From a virus (lineage: Duplodnaviria > Caudoviricetes): DNA of 42,579 nucleotides. The notes beneath the pieces are model-generated. The model did no database searches. It was not told the DNA's origin and saw nothing but the letters and a program-made list of their open reading frames with translations. Shown here in pieces: positions 33,876-42,462 of this stretch. The DNA lies in the IMG/VR virus record IMGVR_UViG_3300030372_003754, positions 1 to 42,579 of that record. One strand, written 5' to 3'. Within the stretch, counting starts at the first letter, position 1. Every line of letters starts with the position of its first letter. The translations under genes were made by a program, and so were the position numbers.

Positions 33876-35591
33876 CTACCGTTTCCTCCGGTATCGGGCT
33901 CGTGTACGAGACTTACCCTTACCTTTTCGACTTGCTTCTTCTTTTCGATATGCCTCGACCTGACTCCAGGTCATGTCCCGAAACAGTACAACGTTCTCTG
34001 TTGTACCATCGTCCTCTGAATTCTTCAAACGCCTTGGCGCTCGTCTAGCAGCAGCTACTGCCATTTGCAATGCACTTATTTTATCCCAGTGATGACGGTT
34101 GCGGCGCCTTTTACCAGCGCCCTTTCCATACAATATCTCGTTCGACGCTGCACGCTCAACCCGTTTGTCGTGCTTGTAGCTTGTCAACTGGTCTACCGTG
34201 TCTGCATCATGCAAGATCAACTCGTCCCGCAGGCCCTCCTGCAGCCAAGACAACATCTGGTCCACAGACTTTGACGTCGCTGCAATACCCGGCCTGTACG
34301 GCTTCTCATAGTACAGGTTCTTGCACTCCATCTCTTCCAGAAGCGCCAAGACTGCAGCACCAACCCCATTCGACTCGACTGCGATCAACGCATTGTTGTA
34401 CCGGCGGCCTACCTCAAGAATCTTCTTCGAGAAAGGAATCGGCTCGGTGTGGTCTGCAAAACACGCTACCTGCGTCCACTCCCCGTCGTAGACCTTAAGC
34501 ACCTGAAAAGCAGCATGGTCCCTAGCAGCATAACCAGCAGGGTCAACTCCGATGACATAGACGGCTCCTACCTGGGGGCGCTCATACTCTTGATATGGTC
34601 CCACCCACTCTGTCAGCTTTGCCTCACGATGCCTCGTCAACAAACTCGGATGGATAACCGAGTTGCTTGCTGCAACCCAACACGTCACATCGTCAAACGG
34701 ATAATACACCCCGAACAAGTCTGGGTTCCTACGGATCTCGGGGTCAATGTCCAGCATCAACCTACGGAAAGCTAGGTTTTCTTTTTCCAAGCCCAGGTGC
34801 CCGTAGCGTTCTAGCAAACGAATCTCTTCCAAGTGTAGCTCAGCACCCTCGGGCCAAGGCCGTCGGTTTAGCTTCGAGTCCCAGTACGGGAAGAAAGCAT
34901 ACAAGTTCCGACTAACACCACGTTTCGCATCCCGGCATTGGTCATGCCACCACTCGGCAGAAGGCGCGTCCATCGGCGCTGGCGTAGACTCTAGCACCAT
35001 GAGTGAGTGATCCCGGTTAATCATCGATGGGTAGATCAACGTAAACTGCTCGCCGGCGTTTGCCCAGTACGGAAGCTCGGACCCGTGAAAGCTATCAGGC
35101 GATTGACCAATACCAACAGCCCCTGACTCACCAGACAAGACACGCATCTTGCCCCCAGTGACTTCCGAAAACGTCAACTGCCTAACTTCTCGGTTGGGCA
35201 CCGTCGGAGAACGGATCGCCTCGGGCCATCGCGCATGACAGAAGTGAACCCTCTGATGCAGGTACTCTGCACGCGACTTAGTGTCTGCAATACAGACATG
35301 GTCCCACCCAGGGGTGTAAGCTGTCTTCGAATAGGCACACAACTCGGCGGTAAGGGACTTTCCTGCCTGACGATAGCCGAGTAGCGTGAGCCACTTTGTC
35401 TGGCCGTGCTCCGTCTTCGGTGGATTTGAGAAGTATGCAAGCAGAGTCGCTTGCAGTCTGTTCGTTAACTTAAACGGGTCGAACTTAACTTCCCGTCCAG
35501 TAGCTTGATCGTGCACTTTTCCGTAAGCCCTAAGACTTAGGGACGGGTCAGCTAAGGCTGCAAGTGCATCGTTAACGGAAGCTTCACTCAT
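33876..35591 (-). CDS. terL: Terminase large subunit
   Basis: Walker A YRQAGKS, Walker B FHGSE, coupling motif LESTP, nuclease IGVDPA...DHAA...VESNGVG...WD. Confidence 0.93.
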   Translation of the reverse strand: MSEASVNDALAALADPSLSLRAYGKVHDQATGREVKFDPFKLTNRLQATLLAYFSNPPKTEHGQTKWLTLLGYRQAGKSLTAELCAYSKTAYTPGWDHVCIADTKSRAEYLHQRVHFCHARWPEAIRSPTVPNREVRQLTFSEVTGGKMRVLSGESGAVGIGQSPDSFHGSELPYWANAGEQFTLIYPSMINRDHSLMVLESTPAPMDAPSAEWWHDQCRDAKRGVSRNLYAFFPYWDSKLNRRPWPEGAELHLEEIRLLERYGHLGLEKENLAFRRLMLDIDPEIRRNPDLFGVYYPFDDVTCWVAASNSVIHPSLLTRHREAKLTEWVGPYQEYERPQVGAVYVIGVDPAGYAARDHAAFQVLKVYDGEWTQVACFADHTEPIPFSKKILEVGRRYNNALIAVESNGVGAAVLALLEEMECKNLYYEKPYRPGIAATSKSVDQMLSWLQEGLRDELILHDADTVDQLTSYKHDKRVERAASNEILYGKGAGKRRRNRHHWDKISALQMAVAAARRAPRRLKNSEDDGTTENVVLFRDMTWSQVEAYRKEEASRKGKGKSRTRARYRRKR

Positions 35592-36003
35592 CGTTCACGA
35601 CAATCTTTTCAGGGATTTCAGGGATAGCATCTACCACAGTGTACGAAGCCTCAAGCTTCGGCGCCTCCCGTCGAACCGAGACCAACGCCGTAATGACGTC
35701 GCTGTAGGCAGCTTCCGGTGTACCCGCTGCTGTGTTCTCGGTGGCAATGGCCGTAAAGATTAGCTCGGTCCAGTGACGAGCCTCCCGTGAAATGGCTGGA
35801 GTTAGGTTGCCCTCCACCAACTCTGCAAGCATCTGCTGCGATAAGTTCACCACGCTCTTGTAATCCGAGACCGGATTCTCTTTGATGATCTTAGCGACCT
35901 CCTTCCGCTTCTCTTCTGGAACCAAGGTCAACCAACTGCGAAAGTCTGCACCCTCGCTGGCCGGTTGAGACTTCGTGTACTTCACTGGCTTTTTTGAACT
36001 CAT
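35584..36003 (-). CDS. Possible terminase small subunit
   Basis: 139-aa helical protein overlapping the TerL start. Called from position only. Confidence 0.45.
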   Translation of the reverse strand: MSSKKPVKYTKSQPASEGADFRSWLTLVPEEKRKEVAKIIKENPVSDYKSVVNLSQQMLAELVEGNLTPAISREARHWTELIFTAIATENTAAGTPEAAYSDVITALVSVRREAPKLEASYTVVDAIPEIPEKIVVNDE

Positions 36004-36824
36004 GCTAACTCTCCGTAGTGAGGGGCACCTACGATCCCCATTGTAAGGCCTTTACGCAGTTTGTTCTTGCGTGCTCGAAATGTGCCCTGTTGGAAAAGCT
36101 TCCAAAACAAAGGGGATTCCGTCAATGTCAACAATTCTTTTTTATTCATGTACTGTGGCCCTATGATCAACTTGTGTCGGAACTTTAGCCTACGCAAGAT
36201 GCCACCCTCCAGTTGCGGTGGCCACGGCGTGTTCTCCCAATCGATGTTCAGTGCCCAAAGCTGAAAGCAGGGCTCCTTAGCCAAAAGTTTCGCACCCGCT
36301 ACCAGACTAGACAAGACCCATGGTGGCGTGTCCCCAGTGATCTCAGCTAACCGCTTCAGCGACATGCCAAAACAATAGCTTCGTAGTAACTGTACATCGG
36401 GGTTGCACATGGTTTTCATGGGGACACAACCACGCTTGAACGAAGCTAACTCGTACGGATGAGGCGCGGGTAACTTTCCAAACGCAGCAATGACTTCTGG
36501 TGGGTACGTCCGAGGGGCAATCATCGCCGTGGGCTCATAGAACCACTGCTTTACCGCAGGGGTTTTGTCCAACCACTCCCGGAATGTGGTGTAAACATTC
36601 GGATTGAACCGGCGCTTGTACCTAGCCCAGCGGTAGGGCGCCCCACGAATGTCCTCACCGTACTTGAGGAAGTAAGGCTGCACCGGACCCTTAGGATAAT
36701 CCACCTGCTCGACCCCACTCTCGGCGCGAAGTGCCGTAAAGAACAGCGGAAACGCTACGTGAGCACGGGGCTCGTGGATGCGACCCGTGTCAAACAGGTA
36801 ATACTCGGGTCCCCTAGCCTTCAT
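36000..36824 (-). CDS. Hypothetical basic protein with sigma-region-4-like HTH
   Basis: VQLLRSYCFGMSLKRLAEITGDTPPWVLSSLVAGAKLL resembles the sigma70 region 4.2 pattern. Confidence 0.5.
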   Translation of the reverse strand: MKARGPEYYLFDTGRIHEPRAHVAFPLFFTALRAESGVEQVDYPKGPVQPYFLKYGEDIRGAPYRWARYKRRFNPNVYTTFREWLDKTPAVKQWFYEPTAMIAPRTYPPEVIAAFGKLPAPHPYELASFKRGCVPMKTMCNPDVQLLRSYCFGMSLKRLAEITGDTPPWVLSSLVAGAKLLAKEPCFQLWALNIDWENTPWPPQLEGGILRRLKFRHKLIIGPQYMNKKELLTLTESPLFWKLFQQGTFRARKNKLRKGLTMGIVGAPHYGELA

Positions 36825-39291
36825 TCTCAGTCCACTGCTCCACGGTAATCAGTTTACCCAGTTCTTTTGGGCTAACAGGCGCGTCATCGCGCAACTTAAT
36901 GCCTATCCAAGGGCGATATGTCGTAGCTGAGCCCTTCTTCGAGGGGCGTCCCTGCTTGAAACTGCGCTCACGCATCAGATTCGCAAAGAATCGAGGCTTC
37001 ATCGGGTACTCATGGTTGTCTTCGCACCAATCCACGTAGGCATTGTACAGATTCTTGGGGTTAATCGAGTGTTCGGCAGCAATATCGCACCGATCGTCGA
37101 AGAATGGCTTCATCAAGTCCAACTCTTCCCGGTATTCCTGGGTCGCTGCCAACACCGAGTCCGGTGCGTTGAGCCCATTGCGCTGCCAATCCAAACATCC
37201 GGCCATGACCCGGTTCATAATCCCAGGTAACTCACCCATTAGCTTGCTCTCTAGGTCCTTATCCTGTCTAGCCTCGGGGATGTTGACCTCAAACGGGACC
37301 AAAAAGACCCGACGCCAGATGCCTTCGTCATTGCCTTTGATGACAGGCTTGTGGTTTGCAGCCAACCAAAGCTTGTGCGTAGGCAAGAACTCGAAGAAGT
37401 CCTGCTTCATGTAGCGTGCTTTGAGTGGGTCGCCCCCTGTCATCTGCTTAATCGAAGCCTCGGCAAACGCTCGACCCCGCTCAATCTCCGTACTCACCAC
37501 CATGCGCGCACCCATCAGGTCCGCAACCTCCGTTGGGTGTCGCCCTGACTTCGAAGCCAGCAACAACTCAGGGGCAGACTGCTTGGAGTACGTACCCAGC
37601 ATCCGCTGAATAGTGTTTAGAAACGTAGACTTACCATTCGCCCCGGTCCCGTAGCAAAACAAAAGCTTCTGCTCTCGCACAGAGCCCGTGAGTGAGTAGC
37701 CCAAGTACCTGTAGATGAACGAGATGAGGTCCAACCGGCCGTCCAGAATCTCATGGAAGAAGTTATCCCACACAGGGCAGCTTGCGTTGGGGTCGTACTC
37801 GACGGGGCAGATTTTGGTAATCAGGTCATCCCGGTTGAACGGAAGTAGTTGGCCCGTGCGCAGGTCGATGGTGCCGTTGGCTACGTTTAGTTTCCAATGA
37901 TCTGAGTCGAACTTCTTGATCGGGACCGAAACCCCAAGCTCATTCGAGGCAAGACTCACCATGGAGTTGAGTGATCCCGCTGATTCTGACTTCACGGCGT
38001 GTTTGAACAACTTCTCGGCCCGGTTGCTGTCGTTTTCTGAAGCCGCTTCGATGAATATATCAGCGACTGTCTCCTCCGCAAGACGCATGGTGCGGCCTGT
38101 CTCGTCTGCTTCCCAGCGCCGGCCACTCCAGTTCAACCACTTCTTCCAGCTTGGGATGTACTTAACTTCCCGACCAAACTTGGTGACCATACGCTTGGCG
38201 TTACCTAGGTCTGTAAACCCAGGCATCTGTGCGGAAGAGCCTACTTGCTGCTTCGGTCCATCGTCATCGCCAGAGCTAGACGACCGAAACTTGCCATATT
38301 TATCCTGGAAGGCTCGCCACCCTTTCCGTCCGGAGCCAACACAGTTGCTGTGCAAACATCCCGCATACACTTCCCCGCTATGCGTCTGCACGATATAGGC
38401 GCTACTGTCATTGTGGCTCTCATCAAATGGACAGTGAGTCAGCACCCACTTACGTCCCTTATCTCCCCAGGTGATTGCGTCTCCAACTGTCGGTAGATGA
38501 GCGTCAATCCAGAGGTCGAGGCGACGAGCCTTCGCAGAATTTAAAGTTCCCCTGTTCTCCGGTGCCCGCTTTGCAAACTGCTCGATCAGTTTTTTAGGCA
38601 CTCGGTGGATTTCTTCAGGGATGTTAAGTACCCGCGCCAGCCTATGGGGTCGCTCTTCTACGTCCGCTCCTTTGCGGACTGCGGTCCCGTAAAGCTTCCA
38701 TATGCGCGCTGGGTTGAAAACCTTTTGGTCAATTGTGACCCCGTCCACGTCGAAGAACAGACTTAGCGCAGAATAGAACCTACGCAGGATAGAGTCTTTT
38801 GGTTTCATGTTGATTTTGTAGACCAGGTGAACCCCGTTGCCCGAGTCACCCACGATGGGCGCGGGCCAACCTTCGGCCCCGAGTGCGCGATAGATTGTGC
38901 GGGCTACACCAAACGCTTTGCGCTTCTCGTCTCCGCTTGAGCCCACGTGAGAGGGGCGGACTGGGTCGATGTCAATCAGCAGATAGGTGTGCTCGGTTAC
39001 ATCATCGTCACTGGTTGCTGGTAACCCTTGGGTCATGCGGTTAGGACTGCGCGCGAAGAGCGCGGGATTGATGCGGTTGGGAGTTATATAAACTCCGATA
39101 GCTCCCTTATTAGAGTTGTCTGTGGCTGTTGCTGCTAATATTTCAAAGTCATCGAAGTAGCCAGAAAAGACACGGGGTTTGCCTCCGTAGGGGTTGGGCA
39201 TGAACGACCGCAGTTCGACAATCTGGCCATCATCAAACAGAGCACGGAGGGTCGCCAGGATTTCCTGACGGTTAGCTTGGGGGGACTGCAT
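36814..39291 (-). CDS. Primase-helicase, P4 alpha / D5 family, with N-terminal AEP prim-pol domain
   Basis: AEP: LIDID, DSGNGVH, ARIWKLYGT. Zn-binding: CPFDESH..CLHSNC. D5_N: TDLGNAKR. SF3 helicase: YGTGANGKST, KQMTGGD, ANHKP, GIWRR. C-terminal winged helix. Confidence 0.93.
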   Translation of the reverse strand: MQSPQANRQEILATLRALFDDGQIVELRSFMPNPYGGKPRVFSGYFDDFEILAATATDNSNKGAIGVYITPNRINPALFARSPNRMTQGLPATSDDDVTEHTYLLIDIDPVRPSHVGSSGDEKRKAFGVARTIYRALGAEGWPAPIVGDSGNGVHLVYKINMKPKDSILRRFYSALSLFFDVDGVTIDQKVFNPARIWKLYGTAVRKGADVEERPHRLARVLNIPEEIHRVPKKLIEQFAKRAPENRGTLNSAKARRLDLWIDAHLPTVGDAITWGDKGRKWVLTHCPFDESHNDSSAYIVQTHSGEVYAGCLHSNCVGSGRKGWRAFQDKYGKFRSSSSGDDDGPKQQVGSSAQMPGFTDLGNAKRMVTKFGREVKYIPSWKKWLNWSGRRWEADETGRTMRLAEETVADIFIEAASENDSNRAEKLFKHAVKSESAGSLNSMVSLASNELGVSVPIKKFDSDHWKLNVANGTIDLRTGQLLPFNRDDLITKICPVEYDPNASCPVWDNFFHEILDGRLDLISFIYRYLGYSLTGSVREQKLLFCYGTGANGKSTFLNTIQRMLGTYSKQSAPELLLASKSGRHPTEVADLMGARMVVSTEIERGRAFAEASIKQMTGGDPLKARYMKQDFFEFLPTHKLWLAANHKPVIKGNDEGIWRRVFLVPFEVNIPEARQDKDLESKLMGELPGIMNRVMAGCLDWQRNGLNAPDSVLAATQEYREELDLMKPFFDDRCDIAAEHSINPKNLYNAYVDWCEDNHEYPMKPRFFANLMRERSFKQGRPSKKGSATTYRPWIGIKLRDDAPVSPKELGKLITVEQWTENEG

Positions 39292-39303
39292 GGGGGGAGA
39301 CTC

Positions 39304-39636
39304 CTATTCGCCGAAAAGATCCTCTTCGATATAACGTGGAGAGTTGACAGGATACACTACATCCTCGGGGGCGGATGTTGTGATCACGTTTAGAGCAGCC
39401 TGCTTCCGGGGCGAAGCGTTTGCCTTGAAACGAGCGTCCGACTCGTTGAGCGTCTTCAACGCCTTACGAGTGTTGTTGGATACATAGGCCTTCAAGTTGT
39501 CGTGGGGAATACGCCAACTGCTACCAAACTTCACCGCAACTAACTCACCACGACGGATTAAGTTCCGAACCGTGTTGACGTGAACGCCGAACTTCTTCGC
39601 AACGTCCTCGATTGTGTATAACTTCTTAGATGCCAT
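39304..39636 (-). CDS. Excisionase/MerR-type HTH DNA-binding protein
   Basis: LYTIEDVAKKFGVHVNTVRNLIRRGELVAVKFGSSWRIP. Confidence 0.9.
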   Translation of the reverse strand: MASKKLYTIEDVAKKFGVHVNTVRNLIRRGELVAVKFGSSWRIPHDNLKAYVSNNTRKALKTLNESDARFKANASPRKQAALNVITTSAPEDVVYPVNSPRYIEEDLFGE

Positions 39637-39668
39637 TGTTATCCCTTGTAAGAATGAGTAGTCTAGTG

Positions 39669-39697
39669 GTTATACTCCAAGGGACAGAAGCTGTCAA
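39669..39697 (-). promoter_or_regulatory. Near-consensus sigma70 promoter for the HTH-primase operon
   Basis: TTGACA (39697-39692), 17 nt, TATAAC (39674-39669); 33 nt upstream of the HTH start. Confidence 0.85.
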
Positions 39698-39795
39698 CCC
39701 TCTTTCTGATAAAGAACCCTAAGGGGTGCTGTGTAGTCACAACGCGCACAGGGCTTTCTTCAGGTAAATTCTAGACTTGACAAGTTCTTTACGGT

Positions 39796-40108
39796 CTGTA
39801 ACCTACTGTAACCTTGTCTGTAACCCTCGGATATGTTACCTTGAACCCAGCTAAGCGCAGTTTGGTGAGGCCGAAAACTACAGGTTACAGAAAAGTTGGG
39901 TTCCTATATATATAAAAGTATATATATGTGTGATGTACATAGGGGTAAAATGTAAGTATATTAAGGGTTTCTTATACGCGGAATAGAAATTCCTTGTAAC
40001 TTGTAACCTTAAATGACTTATTAGAGTTTGAACCTAGACTAATTGAGGTTACAGAGTAGGTTACAGGATGTCAAGAAAGTGTAAGGCTGTAACCTTGCCC
40101 GTTGAACC
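39796..40108. other. Iteron-type replication origin
   Basis: CTGTAACC at 39796, 39806, 39818, 40087; TTGTAAC at 39994, 40001; inverted GGTTACAG at 39883, 40047, 40059. These flank a TATA-rich core (~39904-39975), next to a P4-type primase-helicase. Confidence 0.85.
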
Positions 40109-40325
40109 TAGGTTATTTGGGAACATAAATCGGAACGGTGGAATAGTGAAAAATGGATTGGCGGGTTTTCACCTCCTATATCTAAAACGGAAAGGGGTAC
40201 CCCAAAAGGGGCGATGCTATAGCTGTGGCGCTGGGCTGGCTGGGGGCTGGCCTGTGGGTGCGGCCGTGGTCCCCCGGCTGGGTGCGCCCGTGGAGGCGCG
40301 ACCCTGTGCCCGTGCGCGGGGAAGA

Positions 40326-40775
40326 TTAGAAGGCGTCGGGGTCTGCTCCGTTGAGGATTTGAAGGGCGTCCTTTCGGAAGAAAGGGGTGTCGAATTCAAG
40401 CTCTAAATGGAGGAACTCATCCGCGTCTAGGTGGTAGTGGTCCGCGACGTCTTGCGCCATTGGCTGCACCTTGAGCACCCAGTAGTATTTCCCCGTAGAG
40501 ATAACCACGCGTTTCATATCTGCCGTGTATTCCACCACGCGAAGGGGGCTCTGGTGGTTTGTCCAACCGACGCCATGAGGATGGTCGATAGTGGCTCGGT
40601 CCCACCCGTCAAAATTCTCGTGGGTGAAGAAGCGCTCGCACTCCTTAAGCTCGGCCCCGTTGCCCTTGCGCATCGTTTCAGATTGAAGGCTACTCACGAA
40701 TACCTCGTAAAGTGAAGAGCGAAAGACGGTGTATAGGTTCCCTTTGTCCATATCCTCATGGTGTGACTTGTTCAT
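40326..40775 (-). CDS. Hypothetical protein, lone leftward gene of the control region
   Basis: 149 aa, AGGAG RBS, candidate promoter upstream. Confidence 0.7.
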   Translation of the reverse strand: MNKSHHEDMDKGNLYTVFRSSLYEVFVSSLQSETMRKGNGAELKECERFFTHENFDGWDRATIDHPHGVGWTNHQSPLRVVEYTADMKRVVISTGKYYWVLKVQPMAQDVADHYHLDADEFLHLELEFDTPFFRKDALQILNGADPDAF

Positions 40776-40831
40776 GGGCTTTCTCCTGGTTGATTCGTTG
40801 TTTGTTGGCTTCGCGGTTCCCCGCTGCGCTC

Positions 40832-40866
40832 ATTGTAGTCTCAGTCGCCCCCATAAGTGAAGCGTT
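40832..40866 (-). promoter_or_regulatory. Candidate leftward promoter
   Basis: AACGC-TTCACT, 18 nt, TACAAT. Confidence 0.55.
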
Positions 40867-40985
40867 ATTTGTAACGGATAGCACATTTGTTCATATTGTA
40901 GGAAGAACCCCCCATATCCCCTGGAGGTTCCCCGGTTCTCCTCCCCTTGGGGCGTTTAACTCTATACGCGGGGGCGTACAAGCCT

Positions 40986-41039
40986 TGACATTCTGTCATA
41001 CCCCCTGACATTCTGTCATGCCTCTGTGACAATTTGTCA
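40986..41039. promoter_or_regulatory. Three phased TGACA-N3-TGTCA palindromes (operator-like)
   Basis: 40986-40998, 41006-41018, 41027-41039; start-to-start spacing 20 and 21 bp. Confidence 0.8.
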
Positions 41040-41158
41040 GCGGTTCCGAGTATGCCCTCCCTTTTATTAGTAACGTGTGGCCCGTTGCCCTTCCTTGTTC
41101 CCATTTTTACTAACTGATAACCCAGGTTAAACGCCCACATCGTTAATTAGTTAAAAAA

Positions 41159-41193
41159 AACGCTTCACAAACGGAGCCAAGTGGGGCTAGGTT
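41159..41193 (+). promoter_or_regulatory. Candidate rightward promoter
   Basis: A-tract, AACGC-TTCACA, 18 nt, TAGGTT. Shares AACGCTTCAC with the leftward promoter. Confidence 0.55.
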
Positions 41194-41197
41194 GTTG

Positions 41198-41348
41198 GTG
41201 TCGACGGGGAACACACACCCCACACCGACACGCTCTCTCACATCCTGTAAGTGTACACGCCGACAAGCCGTAGGCCAGTCCATTGCTTCCATTGCATACA
41301 CGGACGCTACCTAACCGAGCGCGTACACTCCAGGGGTGGAAGGGGGCG
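41198..41348 (+). ncRNA. Candidate structured leader / small RNA
   Basis: Hairpin 41198-41231, then a nested rod 41231-41348 with five helices found by eye. Confidence 0.45.
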
Positions 41349-41391
41349 ACCTAAGCCAACGAATCACACATCACAGCAACAGGGGGAACCC

Positions 41392-41616
41392 ATGGCCAGA
41401 CGATTAGTCCGGGCTCGGTGTCCACAGGTCCAGTCTGTCATAGACGAAGAGACCAGTCACCGACGGCGCAAGCCTAAGAAAACACGCACACCACGACGCT
41501 CTAAACGTGGAGCAGCGGGCCCGTGTGTCATGTATGGAAGTCAGGCCACGCCTGTCTCCCCTGCAAAGTGGGGTACCAAGATTAAGACCGCCCGACTTCA
41601 CGCCACCACACACTAG
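41392..41616 (+). CDS. Small Arg/Lys-rich hypothetical protein (74 aa)
   Basis: ATG 41392 after AGGGGG. RRRKPKKTRTPRRSKR. Stop is 8 nt before the next gene. Confidence 0.55.
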   Translation: MARRLVRARCPQVQSVIDEETSHRRRKPKKTRTPRRSKRGAAGPCVMYGSQATPVSPAKWGTKIKTARLHATTH

Positions 41617-41624
41617 GAGGAACT

Positions 41625-41912
41625 ATGGTATTATTAGAAGTTTACGCCACGCCCGACGGTTACGAGTTTGACGACCGCGTCAACCGAGACTCTTTCTTGG
41701 CACCTGAATTAACCAGGTTACGGTTCAAGGAGTTAAAGCAAAGTCTAAAAAAGCGGGGCTACATCTTATCCGACAAAGCTGCCATATGGCACCACTCACC
41801 GGCTCTGGGACAGGCGGTGGATGGGTCCGACCCGCGTTTACACAATGATGAGTTTCGCGCTGTCGTTTACGTAACTAAGGAGGTCCCATGTACACCCTGG
41901 TTTACTGGGTAA
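41625..41912 (+). CDS. Hypothetical protein
   Basis: 95 aa with AGGAGG RBS. Confidence 0.7.
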   Translation: MVLLEVYATPDGYEFDDRVNRDSFLAPELTRLRFKELKQSLKKRGYILSDKAAIWHHSPALGQAVDGSDPRLHNDEFRAVVYVTKEVPCTPWFTG

Positions 41913-42049
41913 CTGAAGGTAGCCCACCTCGGTATCGGTACAGCCTACCCTATGCCCTAGCTTATGCTCTGGCTGAGTCGGGGTGGCACAAGGCGCAAGT
42001 AGTCTGTGAGTTTGGCATCATCTGTTTTGAGATAAAGCTTGACACCTAA
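41888..42049 (+). CDS. 53-aa hypothetical protein (absent from ORF track)
   Basis: AAGGAGGT RBS. MYTLVYWVTEGSPPRYRYSLPYALAYALAESGWHKAQVVCEFGIICFEIKLDT. Confidence 0.6.
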   Translation: MYTLVYWVTEGSPPRYRYSLPYALAYALAESGWHKAQVVCEFGIICFEIKLDT

Positions 42050-42067
42050 TCACAACCGCATTACATA
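42039..42067 (+). promoter_or_regulatory. Candidate sigma70 promoter
   Basis: TTGACA, 17 nt, TACATA; 33 nt upstream of the 42100 start. Confidence 0.45.
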
Positions 42068-42099
42068 TCTAACAACGAATAACAAATCATGGAGGCATC

Positions 42100-42462
42100 A
42101 TGATAACGGAAAGCTGGGAAGACCTCTTCTCCAGGCTGCAAGGCCCCGCCTGTATGGACATGGAGATGAGGCTCGTGCAGCCGAAACCGCTCACGGCCAG
42201 ACAGATAAGACGCAAGCAACAACGAGCGGAGAAGTATGTCGCAGACAAACTAGCCAACCTCCCGAAGTTGCCCGCTAAGCTACAACGAGGGGTTGAACTT
42301 CTAGCGGGTGGGCTGACCCCCGGAGATGTGGCGCGAGAGCTTGGGGTATATTCCAGTCAAGTCTGGAAGTGGATGAGTCACCCCGACTTCCAACAGAACA
42401 TGGAGTTCCACGGGATGAGGTGGAGCAAGAAAGTAGGGTGGCGCCCAAAGCTTATCAAATAA
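42100..42462 (+). CDS. HTH DNA-binding protein
   Basis: GVELLAGGLTPGDVARELGVYSSQVWKWMSHPDF; GGAGG RBS. Confidence 0.8.
   Translation: MITESWEDLFSRLQGPACMDMEMRLVQPKPLTARQIRRKQQRAEKYVADKLANLPKLPAKLQRGVELLAGGLTPGDVARELGVYSSQVWKWMSHPDFQQNMEFHGMRWSKKVGWRPKLIK

Noticed and set aside
39304-39636. Excisionase as evidence of an integrated prophage
   Set aside because: No integrase, att-like duplication or host genes in the window. This HTH family is also used as a plain regulator.
40068-40406. ORFs 40068-40406 (+) and 40217-40399 (-)
   Set aside because: They overlap iterons, low-complexity GC sequence and the end of the better supported 40326-40775 gene, and lack a convincing RBS.
40712-41140. ORFs 40712-41008 (+) and 40865-41140 (-)
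   Set aside because: They run through promoter and operator motifs, have no RBS and have unprotein-like composition.
40814-41214. GTTCCCCGC / CGGGGAACAC resembling ends of type I-E CRISPR repeats (mini-array or RNA anti-CRISPR)
   Set aside because: Only 8-10 nt match, in mixed orientation and irregular spacing, with no full repeat hairpin and no cas genes.
41922-41986. Stem CCACCTCGG/TCGGGGTGG as a stand-alone ncRNA
   Set aside because: It lies inside the 53-aa ORF that has a strong RBS, so coding is the simpler explanation.
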